A DNA stretch of 64,000 bases, taken from IMG/VR virus record IMGVR_UViG_3300032246_002821, positions 118,954-182,953 of that record; one strand, written 5' to 3'. Each line of letters opens with the position of its first letter. The first letter of the stretch is position 1. The DNA comes from a virus. Position numbers and translations under genes: made by a program. The notes beneath the pieces are model-generated. The model made no database searches, was not told the origin of the DNA, and was given only the letters and a program-made list of their open reading frames with translations. Below are positions 1 through 8,943 of the stretch, in pieces.

Positions 1-20
1 ATCTGACAATTCGATAGGTT

Positions 21-311
21 TCAATGTAACAGTACCTTGATCCAGCCCACGGAATCCATGCTTGCAATCATCAGGCCTGTGGCCAACATACCGAAACTGC
101 CTCTGCTCCAGGCACACCAGGCATAGATTAATGTGCCGCTGATCCACAAAGGATACAGCAACAGGAATGGCAGATCAGGTACAGTGGCATTGACTATGAT
201 AGCACACAACAGGCTGTTTAGCCAACACAACACTTCCAGCACGAATCTGATCTTGTTTTCTGCCCAATCGTCCTTGATCCATTCCCAGATGTTTTTTATG
301 AATCCGTTCAT
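21..311 (-). CDS. small multi-pass membrane protein (paralogue of 32724..33005)
   Basis: 96 aa, hydrophobic; LEVLCW...LLYPLW...CAWSRG resembles LEMLAA...VIYPGF...TNIRRD in 32724..33005. Confidence 0.7.
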   Translation of the reverse strand: MNGFIKNIWEWIKDDWAENKIRFVLEVLCWLNSLLCAIIVNATVPDLPFLLLYPLWISGTLIYAWCAWSRGSFGMLATGLMIASMDSVGWIKVLLH

Positions 312-721
312 TTTTTTTCCAGTTGCGGGTATCCCAGATAACGGCGCAGTTCCTTGTCCTGCGGTTCGAATCGTTCTCCCAGGAAGAAGATACGATAGCT
401 CTCACTACCATACTGTCCTATGCCATATAACACATTAGCATCTGCGCCGTCCCAGGTCAAGAAGTCTATGCTCATACGGTAGATCCTTTTGGCCCGGACC
501 TTGTACATACCCAATGGTTGTATCACAGCCTCGATGTCTATGATGCGGCTACGAAGCAATGCTTCAGGTGTGGGCCAGCGACTGAGAAATTCTGGCAGCA
601 CTGTCTTGACAGGTTTACAACCAGTCTGGTTAAGCATTATAACGCCCACCATATGTTGCCAGGCGCCAGAGATCTGTTGCTGCACCATCAGGTCATCAGA
701 AAGGGGCGTTGTGTTCGCCAT
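308..721 (-). CDS. MBD4-like HhH-GPD DNA glycosylase
   Basis: WQHMVGVIMLNQT...IQPLGMYKVRAK...LYGIGQYGSESYRIF...PQDKELRRY follows the MBD4 glycosylase domain pattern (LHGIGKYGNDSYRIF); start moved to ATG 721. Confidence 0.85.
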   Translation of the reverse strand: MANTTPLSDDLMVQQQISGAWQHMVGVIMLNQTGCKPVKTVLPEFLSRWPTPEALLRSRIIDIEAVIQPLGMYKVRAKRIYRMSIDFLTWDGADANVLYGIGQYGSESYRIFFLGERFEPQDKELRRYLGYPQLEKK

Positions 722-1100
722 CAGGTAATACCCCACTGTAACCAGGATCACGGCCTTGCACGATAGCCTGCTTTAACCGCTCGCCCTTGTAATGGTCGGC
801 GGTCTTACGTTCAGCATTGGTGATCTTCTGTTTGAAGCCCAGTGCATTCAGGTATTCCTGATGCTTCTGCCAGCCACGGAGGAAACACTCACACTCAGCG
901 AGATCGCCGGCAAACAGTTCGATACCACGGGTGTATACAGGCAGTATGGTGCCGTCATCTTCCGGCACACGGATGAAGAAAATATCTTCATTTCCAGGAA
1001 ATCCGTAACCGTGGCGACCGTGGCCCTCCAGCATGAAGCCCAGTTTGTTACAGTTGTGTTCCAGATCCATCATACGCTTATAAGTCTTGTAACCGCTCAT
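696..1100 (-). CDS. hypothetical protein
   Basis: 134 aa ORF coupled to both neighbours. Confidence 0.7.
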   Translation of the reverse strand: MSGYKTYKRMMDLEHNCNKLGFMLEGHGRHGYGFPGNEDIFFIRVPEDDGTILPVYTRGIELFAGDLAECECFLRGWQKHQEYLNALGFKQKITNAERKTADHYKGERLKQAIVQGRDPGYSGVLPDGEHNAPF

Positions 1101-1516
1101 CTTGTTTTCTCCACTATGTCTTTGTAGCCGGTATGGCTGGGATGAATCTGATCTGGTTGTACATTACGGATGGGAACCAAACCGTCTCCGTGCTGAGCTG
1201 CCACTTCCCGTACCCACTGCTGTATCTGTTCGATGGGCAGGTTCTGTGGAGCATGTAGGTTGCCATGTGGCAATACCCAGAACACTCGTTCAGCTGTCAC
1301 ACGCTGGCGTATGCGAAGCAGTTCTTCCTTTGTCCTGACACCCTTGTGATCGTTGGAACCCATGCTGATCACTACAGTGCGAGCAGTCAGTGGCATAGTA
1401 TACATCTTATTGAACTGCCAGCTGTTGATACCGCCCTTGGCTACCATCTCACAATGTGGAGCAAACTGATGGATGCCCACTGCAATGCTGTCACCTGCTA
1501 TCAGACATTCAAACAT
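1097..1516 (-). CDS. SGNH/GDSL hydrolase-like protein
   Basis: GDSI block I, SMGSND block III, DQIHP block V; start moved to ATG 1516; paralogue at 24717. Confidence 0.7.
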   Translation of the reverse strand: MFECLIAGDSIAVGIHQFAPHCEMVAKGGINSWQFNKMYTMPLTARTVVISMGSNDHKGVRTKEELLRIRQRVTAERVFWVLPHGNLHAPQNLPIEQIQQWVREVAAQHGDGLVPIRNVQPDQIHPSHTGYKDIVEKTR

Positions 1517-1676
1517 TTCTCTGCCTTTCCCATTCGTTATATCCTGCATCTACCACAGTCATGGTCACGCCCATCTCGCTCAGCTGTTGTATCTGCTGGT
1601 ATGCAGCATCGTATAGACGATTGCAGACACACATCTTCACACGATGCGCCAGCTTCATGAACTCGTAGTCTTTCAT
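1509..1676 (-). CDS. small hypothetical protein (55 aa, MKDYEFMKLAHR...), missing from the ORF track
   Basis: translated by hand; its start overlaps the upstream stop (ATGA) and its end overlaps the SGNH start. Confidence 0.55.
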   Translation of the reverse strand: MKDYEFMKLAHRVKMCVCNRLYDAAYQQIQQLSEMGVTMTVVDAGYNEWERQRNV

Positions 1677-1846
1677 TCCATCTCTTCCAACATCGCGACG
1701 AAATCTCTGCCCACTTGGGCGAAGTATTCATCTAGATCCTTAGCCATCTGATCCTCTGCTAGTTGCAGGTCCAGAGCAATCGTGAGGATCATCTGGGGTT
1801 TGAAAGTCTCTGGATCTACTTTTATCTCACGATTGATAAGTTTCAT
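1673..1846 (-). CDS. small hypothetical protein (57 aa, MKLINREIKVDP...), missing from the ORF track
   Basis: translated by hand; lies just downstream of the promoter at 1871-1898. Confidence 0.55.
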   Translation of the reverse strand: MKLINREIKVDPETFKPQMILTIALDLQLAEDQMAKDLDEYFAQVGRDFVAMLEEME

Positions 1847-1870
1847 CACCAATCCTTCTGCTTATAATAA

Positions 1871-1898
1871 AATGTAACACATCTTTCACAGTTGTCAA
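1871..1898 (-). promoter_or_regulatory. sigma70-type promoter
   Basis: TTGACA-N16-TACATT, TGT just before -10. Confidence 0.7.
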
Positions 1899-2116
1899 GG
1901 GCGATATTTGCCATACCAGAATTTGCTGCTGTGCCGTAGTCTAAGATTGCTTTCACGAATATGCTCCAGCAATGCTTTTGCCAGAGTAGCCTGATCTCTA
2001 CGCCAGCTGACATCTTCTTCGTCGGTGATCTTATCCAGCAGATCCTGTACCATATCGATGTATGGGCAGGTGTCATCAGGTACCACAGGCTTCTTTATAA
2101 CTGGACGGTGTGCCAT
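1895..2116 (-). CDS. hypothetical phage protein
   Basis: 73 aa ORF in a co-oriented early cluster. Confidence 0.65.
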   Translation of the reverse strand: MAHRPVIKKPVVPDDTCPYIDMVQDLLDKITDEEDVSWRRDQATLAKALLEHIRESNLRLRHSSKFWYGKYRP

Positions 2117-2337
2117 GCTGCCAGTTTTTCCTCGTCCAACATCTTCTTGGCTGTCTTGACTTCTTGGGCAAAGTCGATGCCATTCTGCTCACAGTATGCT
2201 TGCAGGTCGGTCAGCAGATCTGCCACACGGTCATAGGTGTAATGCTCCACCTTGTAGCTTGCTACCATCAGCTCACCACGGCGCACACTCTTTTGATAAT
2301 CGGTCATGATCTCAGTCATATACAAATCTCGCTTCAT
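2095..2337 (-). CDS. hypothetical protein
   Basis: 80 aa ORF in cluster. Confidence 0.6.
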   Translation of the reverse strand: MKRDLYMTEIMTDYQKSVRRGELMVASYKVEHYTYDRVADLLTDLQAYCEQNGIDFAQEVKTAKKMLDEEKLAAWHTVQL

Positions 2338-2578
2338 AATTGCCAGTGGGCATATCTTTAGATGTGGGATAATGATTATTTACCACTACCCAAGCTAAGT
2401 TGTGAGCATTATCGTTTTTGCCCATCCACACTGTTTCTTCGATGGTGTGTTTGGTTACCTTCTCATAGAAAGTGATACGCAACTTGCGCTGTTCTTTTTT
2501 CTTGCTATTCTTATTGTGGCGTTGCAGCCAGCCGATCTCTGTGCTATTCCAGATCTTATCCAACTGTTGCTTGTTCAT
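2312..2578 (-). CDS. hypothetical protein (MNKQQLDK...)
   Basis: start reassigned to ATG 2578 because the upstream part overlaps 2580..3242. Confidence 0.6.
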   Translation of the reverse strand: MNKQQLDKIWNSTEIGWLQRHNKNSKKKEQRKLRITFYEKVTKHTIEETVWMGKNDNAHNLAWVVVNNHYPTSKDMPTGNYEARFVYD

Positions 2579-2579
2579 A

Positions 2580-3242
2580 TCATGCCTCACCCAGGGGTTC
2601 ATAATTCCGCCAGGTGGTCTCATAACTGGCTTCGAAGATGTCGGGCTTGCAGGGATAAAACTCACCCCGGATGCCTTTGATGATATAGTCGCCCAGTGTA
2701 GCGATATGTTCCACCTGTGCATCACTACCATCTTCCAGTGTGCGGATGTGTGCTTCAGTATCAGTGACCTCTCCCAAAGCATCACCGCAGAAGTCGCGCA
2801 AAACTTCTACTGTCTCGGCAGTGAAAGGCACTGCTTGTACCACTACTGGTTTCTTAACATAGTTCTGGATCACATATTCCACTTTCAGCGGGCCAGTGAC
2901 AAAGTATTCTGTGTCTGTGCTATCCCAATCTTCGTTCTCCAGACCTTCCGCACCATCTTCGTTATAGATATCTTCCAGTCGTTCGATCTCATCAGGATCC
3001 ATATCATCTGGCCAGGTCCATTCCTGCCAGCAACCATCATCCTGTTCCTGATCACTGATATCACCGAAGCTGAACACTTCGGTCTGACCTTCAGGATCAT
3101 GACCACTGATATCCGGTTTGATTTCATAATCCCAATGCCCCCAGCGCCAACCGATCTCCAGCTGAGCTGTGAGTTCGCCATTGGTCCAGGTTTCGATCTG
3201 GGTGATGCTTTTCTTTTCTTGTGTACTGAGACGCCAGGTCAT
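2580..3242 (-). CDS. two-domain protein: acidic N-terminal domain fused to a PGDYG-like phage domain
   Basis: C-terminal YVKKPVVVQAV...IRTLEDG...GDYIIKGIRGEFYPCKPDIFEASY pattern. Confidence 0.7.
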   Translation of the reverse strand: MTWRLSTQEKKSITQIETWTNGELTAQLEIGWRWGHWDYEIKPDISGHDPEGQTEVFSFGDISDQEQDDGCWQEWTWPDDMDPDEIERLEDIYNEDGAEGLENEDWDSTDTEYFVTGPLKVEYVIQNYVKKPVVVQAVPFTAETVEVLRDFCGDALGEVTDTEAHIRTLEDGSDAQVEHIATLGDYIIKGIRGEFYPCKPDIFEASYETTWRNYEPLGEA

Positions 3243-3475
3243 TGTTGTTCCTCTTCTAGGGTTTGTGCTTCGGTATAGGGCAAATAGTATTCCATCATGA
3301 TCTTGATAGCTTCAAAATATCGGATAGCAGTTTCCAGATCTTCCTGCTCAAAGTCTGGCAATTCACCACGGGCTCGCAGATCATATATCTGCCTACGCAG
3401 TCCACGATAGTCTGTGACTAAGATGTCACGGAACAGGGCATCAGCAGTTTCGTCACTGATATCAATCTGAGGCAT
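3239..3475 (-). CDS. hypothetical protein
   Basis: 78 aa, coupled to neighbours. Confidence 0.65.
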   Translation of the reverse strand: MPQIDISDETADALFRDILVTDYRGLRRQIYDLRARGELPDFEQEDLETAIRYFEAIKIMMEYYLPYTEAQTLEEEQQ

Positions 3476-3653
3476 GGTCAGTCTCCTGAGGTTGTGCTTT
3501 CATTTGTTCTACTAGTACAGTCATCTCTTTGAGCCGTATGTCCAAGCTGTGTAGCAGAGCAGCGTTCATAGTGATCAGTTTCTTGTTCTGTTGTTGGAGA
3601 TCAGCAATCTGCTGATCTCTGTTGTAGTTGTGGATCGCATCGTTGTCGGTCAT
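3462..3653 (-). CDS. hypothetical coiled-coil protein
   Basis: 63 aa, coupled to neighbours. Confidence 0.55.
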   Translation of the reverse strand: MTDNDAIHNYNRDQQIADLQQQNKKLITMNAALLHSLDIRLKEMTVLVEQMKAQPQETDHASD

Positions 3654-4810
3654 TTCTGTACCTTTAATAGCATAGTGTCTGCGTTGAGTCGACCATTCAT
3701 TTGCACTCCAGTGGTGCTCATTTCCTCCAGCCAGCTACGCAGGGCAACCTTGCCAGCTGCCATGAACTTCTTCATCACCACCTCGGGCTTGCGTACAGTC
3801 TTGGCCACACTGGCACTGGCATCATAACCCAGGATAGCAGTACCACGGATGCCCAGTGTACCTGAATCTGCTGCTGCCACATACTTGCCCAGCTTGCGGG
3901 TCTTTTTGTTGTAGACCCACAACTCTTTGGCGCCAATCACATCCACAGGATTGATGCTGACCAGGTTCAGTGTGGTGTCCTCAGTGCAATACTTGACCTT
4001 CTTGACCAGCTTTTCTTTGCTCACAGGCTTCTTGACGCGAGCCTTACGCACCGCTGCCTTGACTGCACCATATGTATTCAGTGCATCTGTCAGCTTGGTA
4101 TAGAACTGTTGCATACGTTTGAGGTCAGTCTTTGTGACCCACTTGTATGCTTCTGCCAACTGGCTGTCAGCACCCTTGCCCTGGCTGGCGGTTAGCTCTG
4201 CTTCGATCTCTGCATAATAGGCAGTGATGCGGCTGACAAACTGCTGGGGCATCTTGATTTCACGAAAGTATGTGACAAAGTCCGGCAATTCAGCACCAGC
4301 AAGATAGGCGTCATACTGGGCTTCCAGTTCGCCGATGACATCATACTGCTTTTCACGCATATGATCCTGGATAGTGCGTTTGGCCTGTGGAGCTTTGACG
4401 GCTTGTTTCTCCGTCAACTTGGCTGTGCCATAGGCCAGCAATTCAGTGAGCTTGTTTGTCACATAATCCGGCACTGCATCGGGCAAGCCGTTGATCTTCA
4501 TCTTGCTGAAGCTGCAAACCGTCATACCCACACGGCTGTCTTCGCACTCTGTGAAAGCGGCTATCTCGGCCTTGCCCCACTTGAGATCGCGTTGGCCATA
4601 CTGCACCACATACTTCCGCATTTCTGCGGGAGTGTGATAATAATTATAGAAATTGTAGCTACGCAACAGGGCGAAGCGTTGCTGTTCTTCCGTGAGTTTG
4701 TCCCACTTTTCAAAGGTCAGCTCACCACCAGTGAACTTCTCGTCAGTGTATTTGGGCTGACGAATAGCGGGTTTCTTCTTGGACTTGACGCTGAGCAAAC
4801 TTTTGGCCAT
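3650..4810 (-). CDS. conserved jumbo-phage hypothetical protein, basic and helical
   Basis: 386 aa ORF with its own promoter and SD (aggaga). Confidence 0.8.
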   Translation of the reverse strand: MAKSLLSVKSKKKPAIRQPKYTDEKFTGGELTFEKWDKLTEEQQRFALLRSYNFYNYYHTPAEMRKYVVQYGQRDLKWGKAEIAAFTECEDSRVGMTVCSFSKMKINGLPDAVPDYVTNKLTELLAYGTAKLTEKQAVKAPQAKRTIQDHMREKQYDVIGELEAQYDAYLAGAELPDFVTYFREIKMPQQFVSRITAYYAEIEAELTASQGKGADSQLAEAYKWVTKTDLKRMQQFYTKLTDALNTYGAVKAAVRKARVKKPVSKEKLVKKVKYCTEDTTLNLVSINPVDVIGAKELWVYNKKTRKLGKYVAAADSGTLGIRGTAILGYDASASVAKTVRKPEVVMKKFMAAGKVALRSWLEEMSTTGVQMNGRLNADTMLLKVQK

Positions 4811-4833
4811 ATGGCTATCTCCTGTTTATATCG

Positions 4834-5256
4834 TCAGAATACACTGTTTAGAGCTTCTGTCAACTGATTTGTCGGCACACCGTGTGCTATGTATCCTTCA
4901 GTACACATCTGCAGATATCCCGGACTGGGTTCCTGCAGATAGTCCTGATCTGCCATAGTATAGACCCAGGCTATTATATGGTTTCCGTGTTTGTTCATAA
5001 CCCATACACGCTGGCGCAGGTAATAATCAGGAAAACCTTCAAGGATATCAAGTGCATCCAGATCATCGTCCGACACCTGCCACAGCACGCCGTGGACAGA
5101 GTTATAATCAGCCAGTTCCACATCTGCGTGGTTACGGAATACGAAGCGATATCCGGGCAGCAACGCTTCACCCAGGCACACAGATTCAGGGCATCTGCTA
5201 GCCATCTGTTCGGGGTGAGTGTTCATTCCATACGCGAAATAAAGATGTGTGTTCAT
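4834..5256 (-). CDS. gamma-glutamylcyclotransferase (GGCT/AIG2-like)
   Basis: LYFAYGMN...VHGVLWQV...LDILEG motifs. Confidence 0.85.
   Translation of the reverse strand: MNTHLYFAYGMNTHPEQMASRCPESVCLGEALLPGYRFVFRNHADVELADYNSVHGVLWQVSDDDLDALDILEGFPDYYLRQRVWVMNKHGNHIIAWVYTMADQDYLQEPSPGYLQMCTEGYIAHGVPTNQLTEALNSVF
4836..4863 (-). promoter_or_regulatory. sigma70-type promoter
   Basis: TTGACA-N16-TATTCT. Confidence 0.65.
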
Positions 5257-6359
5257 CGTGGTACCTCAGTGCAAGTGTAAAATTTCTCCTGTTGCTCACG
5301 TGCATACTGAAAAAATCTACTACGGTTATGCTGCAACTCGGGTTGCATCTGTTCATATAAGGCCACTATAGCTGACTTTTCCAGACCTGTCAACCACTTT
5401 ATTATTTCACATATTTTGTCTGTGGTTTGTGATGCCATACGTTGTGCCGTGACATCGGTCACGTCCACAGGCCAATAATTCCTGAATGTGTGAAAACCCT
5501 GTGATTCCAAGTAGTTATAAATCACAGGATTAGTGTTGAGCAGGAAAGGTCTGTGTCCTATCAATGGCTTAAACAGCTTCTCGCTGATGAACATCCTGCG
5601 GGTGTTGTTGCTGTCCACGCTGTGGTGGCTGGGTTCCAGATCGTAAAATTGGCTTTCATTTATGATATGCAGGAAGTGACGCTGCCAAAGATCCAAGTCG
5701 CCCAGGCTCCACAGATCGTGAGGTATGTTGTTGAAATTACTGGCATCTAACACATCCAGACCGCCTGTGTCTCTGTATTGTTCGGGCGTTTCAGCTATGT
5801 TCCTGCTGTATCTGCCCCACTGTGGATCTGCAGGATCCACGCCCAATGTCACCACTCCATAGCCAGCCAGATCCTGTTCTATCAGCTTTTTTGTCAGCAT
5901 CATACGATGCATCCTGGGCTTGCGGCTGTAGCTGATAAAGAGTTTTTCCGGTGTCATCTGTGACACCTGCTCATCGCTGTACTGCTGGAATTTATCCTTG
6001 GCTATGATGGCGAAACTATCGAAAAAAGCCTTATTTTCCAATGCGGTATAACCCATTTCGGTATATGTGTAATCCGTTTCTGTGAGGTCCAAGGCTTTGA
6101 AAAGCTGCTCTATCTCACAGGGATCCACAATCGTGATGAAAAATACTTGCCAATCTGGGCTATTCAAAGCTGTCCGTATCAGTTCAGCCTGCTGTTGTAT
6201 CCAGAAAAAATGATTATTTGCCTGTATTATCAATAGGTTAGCTCCTGGATACCTATACCTGGCATAGTTTTCCACCCTGCTAAACACTTGATCTTCATAG
6301 ACTTTTAAACTTGTACCCACAGGATGGGTGTGGGTGTTGCCCAATTTAATGATTTCCAT
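5253..6359 (-). CDS. GT10-like glycosyltransferase-fold protein (paralogue 1)
   Basis: IINESQF...FISEKLFKP...GFHTF; start moved to ATG 6359. Confidence 0.55.
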   Translation of the reverse strand: MEIIKLGNTHTHPVGTSLKVYEDQVFSRVENYARYRYPGANLLIIQANNHFFWIQQQAELIRTALNSPDWQVFFITIVDPCEIEQLFKALDLTETDYTYTEMGYTALENKAFFDSFAIIAKDKFQQYSDEQVSQMTPEKLFISYSRKPRMHRMMLTKKLIEQDLAGYGVVTLGVDPADPQWGRYSRNIAETPEQYRDTGGLDVLDASNFNNIPHDLWSLGDLDLWQRHFLHIINESQFYDLEPSHHSVDSNNTRRMFISEKLFKPLIGHRPFLLNTNPVIYNYLESQGFHTFRNYWPVDVTDVTAQRMASQTTDKICEIIKWLTGLEKSAIVALYEQMQPELQHNRSRFFQYAREQQEKFYTCTEVPR

Positions 6360-6372
6360 AGGAATAATTATG

Positions 6373-6400
6373 TTGACAATGGTGGCTTGTATGCTAGTAT
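6373..6400 (+). promoter_or_regulatory. sigma70-type promoter
   Basis: TTGACA-N16-TAGTAT, TGC before -10. Confidence 0.65.
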
Positions 6401-6430
6401 GAGTCATAAACACAACAAGGAGCGTGTGAA

Positions 6431-6604
6431 ATGAATGCATTGGGTTGGGTGGTATTTGTGTTAGTGCTTGCGCTTTTGGGCCCAGTTATCACTATCTGGA
6501 GTCTCAACACACTGTTTCCAGTGTTGAATATTCCTTATACCCTGGAAACCTGGGCGGCAGCTGGTGTGCTTTTCGGCAGCGCCATCTGGAAAACCAAAGA
6601 TTGA
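6431..6604 (+). CDS. small membrane protein (57 aa, MNALGWVVFV...GPVITIWSLNTLFP), missing from the ORF track
   Basis: translated by hand; SD aagga, hydrophobic, follows the promoter. Confidence 0.7.
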   Translation: MNALGWVVFVLVLALLGPVITIWSLNTLFPVLNIPYTLETWAAAGVLFGSAIWKTKD

Positions 6605-6609
6605 GGAAG

Positions 6610-7062
6610 ATGCCAATGACTAATTTCAAAGGTCCTGTGGTAGTTGATGTGGACGGCACCCTTGCCAACGTGCTGCATCGTCGTCACTGGGTGGCCAGCA
6701 AGCCCAAGAACTGGGCTGCTTGGAACGCCAGTATGCATCTGGACACCTGCCACGAAGACATCAGGCAGCTGGTCGTGGAACTGAGCCTGCGTCGTGAGGT
6801 TATCGTATGCACTGGGCGTGAGGACAGTTATCGTGAAGTCACAGAAAAATGGCTCACGGATAATCAGATCCCGTTCGACCGTGTGTTCATGCGCCGAGCC
6901 AAAGATTATCGTCCAGACAGCGTGGTGAAAGCAGAGCTGCTGGATCAGATCAGGCAGTGGCACGGCGAGCCTTGGATTTGGCTGGACGATCGCAATCAGG
7001 TGGTGGATGCCATCCGTGCTGCCGGAGTACGTGTCCTGCAGGTGGCACCCGGAGATTTCTGA
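6610..7062 (+). CDS. HAD-family polynucleotide 3'-phosphatase (T4 PseT C-terminal domain-like)
   Basis: DVDGT, TGR, RPDSVVKAE, WLDDRNQVV motifs; start at ATG 6610. Confidence 0.85.
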   Translation: MPMTNFKGPVVVDVDGTLANVLHRRHWVASKPKNWAAWNASMHLDTCHEDIRQLVVELSLRREVIVCTGREDSYREVTEKWLTDNQIPFDRVFMRRAKDYRPDSVVKAELLDQIRQWHGEPWIWLDDRNQVVDAIRAAGVRVLQVAPGDF

Positions 7063-7331
7063 TGTGGGGTTCGCCCCTAGAACTGGAACGTCGCAACAGG
7101 ATCAAACTTGCTGTTGCGGCGTACTCCTATGAATTTGAAAACCACAGCATCATGTCAGATGGAGAATTCGACGAGTTTGCCAAATTGATCGATCCTGATA
7201 TCAGCACAGGTAATTACATATTGGATCAGTTCTTCCAGCAGGAATTCCAGCCTGATACTGGGCAATGGATACACCGGCATCCAGAGCTGGACAAAATCAA
7301 GCAGTTATATCTGAGGTTTTATAAAAAATGA
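7062..7331 (+). CDS. stand-alone protein resembling the N-terminal (Ia) subdomain of NAD-dependent DNA ligase
   Basis: AAYSYEFENHSIMSDGEFDEFAK resembles Y-Y..d.p.isD.eYD.L. Confidence 0.55.
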   Translation: MWGSPLELERRNRIKLAVAAYSYEFENHSIMSDGEFDEFAKLIDPDISTGNYILDQFFQQEFQPDTGQWIHRHPELDKIKQLYLRFYKK

Positions 7332-7522
7332 AAGAACGTGTTAAAATATTCATCGATCGTTGGTATGGTACGGGTTGTCCTCCCTACACTTGGCCCTTGA
7401 CAATCACGCCCATTGTGCTAAGTTTGTTTCATATAAACGGCATAGAAAACGCCATAATCTTTTTCAGTGGCTTGTGTTTTGGTTTGCTGTGTGCTACTAT
7501 GATTTACTTGCACAATCACTGA
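7328..7522 (+). CDS. small membrane protein
   Basis: 64 aa, two hydrophobic segments. Confidence 0.55.
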   Translation: MKERVKIFIDRWYGTGCPPYTWPLTITPIVLSLFHINGIENAIIFFSGLCFGLLCATMIYLHNH

Positions 7523-7528
7523 TAAATA
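7523..7528 (+). promoter_or_regulatory. late promoter core TAAATA
   Basis: 4 nt upstream of ATG 7533. Confidence 0.55.
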
Positions 7529-7532
7529 AAGG

Positions 7533-8912
7533 ATGCGTGTTTTGGAATTGTTTGAGAGCGAATATCCTGCTAAAGCTGATCTAACCAACTTGGCTAAGAT
7601 AATCCACAGTGAGCTGCCTGCTATCCGTCTTAAAGTAAAGGGACGTGAACGCGGCAAGGCTGTGGCACACATCCGTGCCTATGGTGTCAGCATCGCCGAA
7701 CTGGTCAGCACTATGGATCAGTTGGGTTTCGCACAAGCAGATCTAGACAAGGAACAGACTGGTCTCACTGGCAAAGCCGGTGCCACCACATTCAGTTTTG
7801 TTAGAGAAGGCAGCAAATATACCATCATCCTGATGCCCAGCGGCACAGTACAGCGCAAGGAATTCACACCAGTGAACCTGGGCCTGGCTGGCAAGAAATT
7901 CAACAGAGATCAATTGATCACTGCTGTGGTGGAAGCTGTCAGTACCCGAGTCAAAGACGCCACACTGCGAAAGGCACTGCTGGCACTGATCGACATCGCT
8001 GTGGCAGGACAGGGCAAATTGCCTCCCGAATTGAACGCTAGCATCGATGCTGCTCGTGGCACCATCAGCCAGGACTTCGGTGAGATCCTGGCTCCCATAA
8101 TGATCATGAAACCCGATGACATCGCAGAGTTTCCAGTGGGCAACAGTCCACTGGTTGATGTTACAGTGGGTGACACCAACATCAGCGTCAAGAGCCTCAC
8201 AGGTTCTGGCACTAGTTTCGCCAGCATCAGCGATCTGATGGACCGATTCGAAGCAGGTATGCAGGCAGATGATCCGCGCCGCAGCAAATACAGTATCCTG
8301 AAACAATTCCATCCCACTAGCGGTGGCAGCAACAAAGACAAGATCATACGTGCCGCAGGAGCGGCTGTTATTCCTGAATACCAGCAGATGCTCAAGACAC
8401 TGGGTATCAGCAGACAGGTCACCGGCTGGGCGCAGATACACGCCTGGTTGCTGTCACAAGATATCGAATATGCCGGTTATGGAGAATGGTTACAGGGCGT
8501 TTATCCCATTATGATAGCAGGCGGTTGGGGTAGACCCGCAGGATTACCGGCAGATGGTCAGCACTATATGGCCAAGCCTAATGCTCCTGATTTGCCACAA
8601 CAGAAAAAAGCCGGCAAACGGGCCTTCGATCAGAATCCAGCCGCGGCAGGCGCAGACATCCTCACATACGTGCTGGGTGTGGGCTTGCTCAACTATGTCC
8701 GTAAGGGAAAAGACGCTCCAGACTACAGCCAGATGATGACAGACATTGTCAGCCAGAGCAACGCAGTGATCGGCAAGATCGACATCACGCTGGACGGCAG
8801 CTTGCGTCTGGTCACCAGACCATTCAGCGAACTGCAATTCGCTTTCCAGTATCACGCACCCAGCCATATCCCCGGCAACAATCTGCCGGGATTCATCGCA
8901 CTTAATGTTTGA
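7533..8912 (+). CDS. putative PD-(D/E)xK-family endonuclease
   Basis: QDFGE...FPVGNSPLVD...ISVKS spacing typical of the restriction-endonuclease-like fold; MRVLELFE N-terminus. Confidence 0.5.
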   Translation: MRVLELFESEYPAKADLTNLAKIIHSELPAIRLKVKGRERGKAVAHIRAYGVSIAELVSTMDQLGFAQADLDKEQTGLTGKAGATTFSFVREGSKYTIILMPSGTVQRKEFTPVNLGLAGKKFNRDQLITAVVEAVSTRVKDATLRKALLALIDIAVAGQGKLPPELNASIDAARGTISQDFGEILAPIMIMKPDDIAEFPVGNSPLVDVTVGDTNISVKSLTGSGTSFASISDLMDRFEAGMQADDPRRSKYSILKQFHPTSGGSNKDKIIRAAGAAVIPEYQQMLKTLGISRQVTGWAQIHAWLLSQDIEYAGYGEWLQGVYPIMIAGGWGRPAGLPADGQHYMAKPNAPDLPQQKKAGKRAFDQNPAAAGADILTYVLGVGLLNYVRKGKDAPDYSQMMTDIVSQSNAVIGKIDITLDGSLRLVTRPFSELQFAFQYHAPSHIPGNNLPGFIALNV

Positions 8913-8937
8913 CATTTAACTGTTCCAGTGCTAGGAT
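8909..8937 (+). promoter_or_regulatory. sigma70-type promoter of the methyltransferase
   Basis: TTGACA-N17-TAGGAT. Confidence 0.65.
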
Positions 8938-8943
8938 GATAAA

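Noticed and set aside
1537-1731. Track ORF MNTSPKW... (Cys-rich)
   Set aside because: Shadow frame of two coupled small ORFs (1673..1846 and 1509..1676).
2472-3278. 268-aa plus-strand ORF
   Set aside because: Antisense shadow of 2580..3242; no SD or recognisable motifs.
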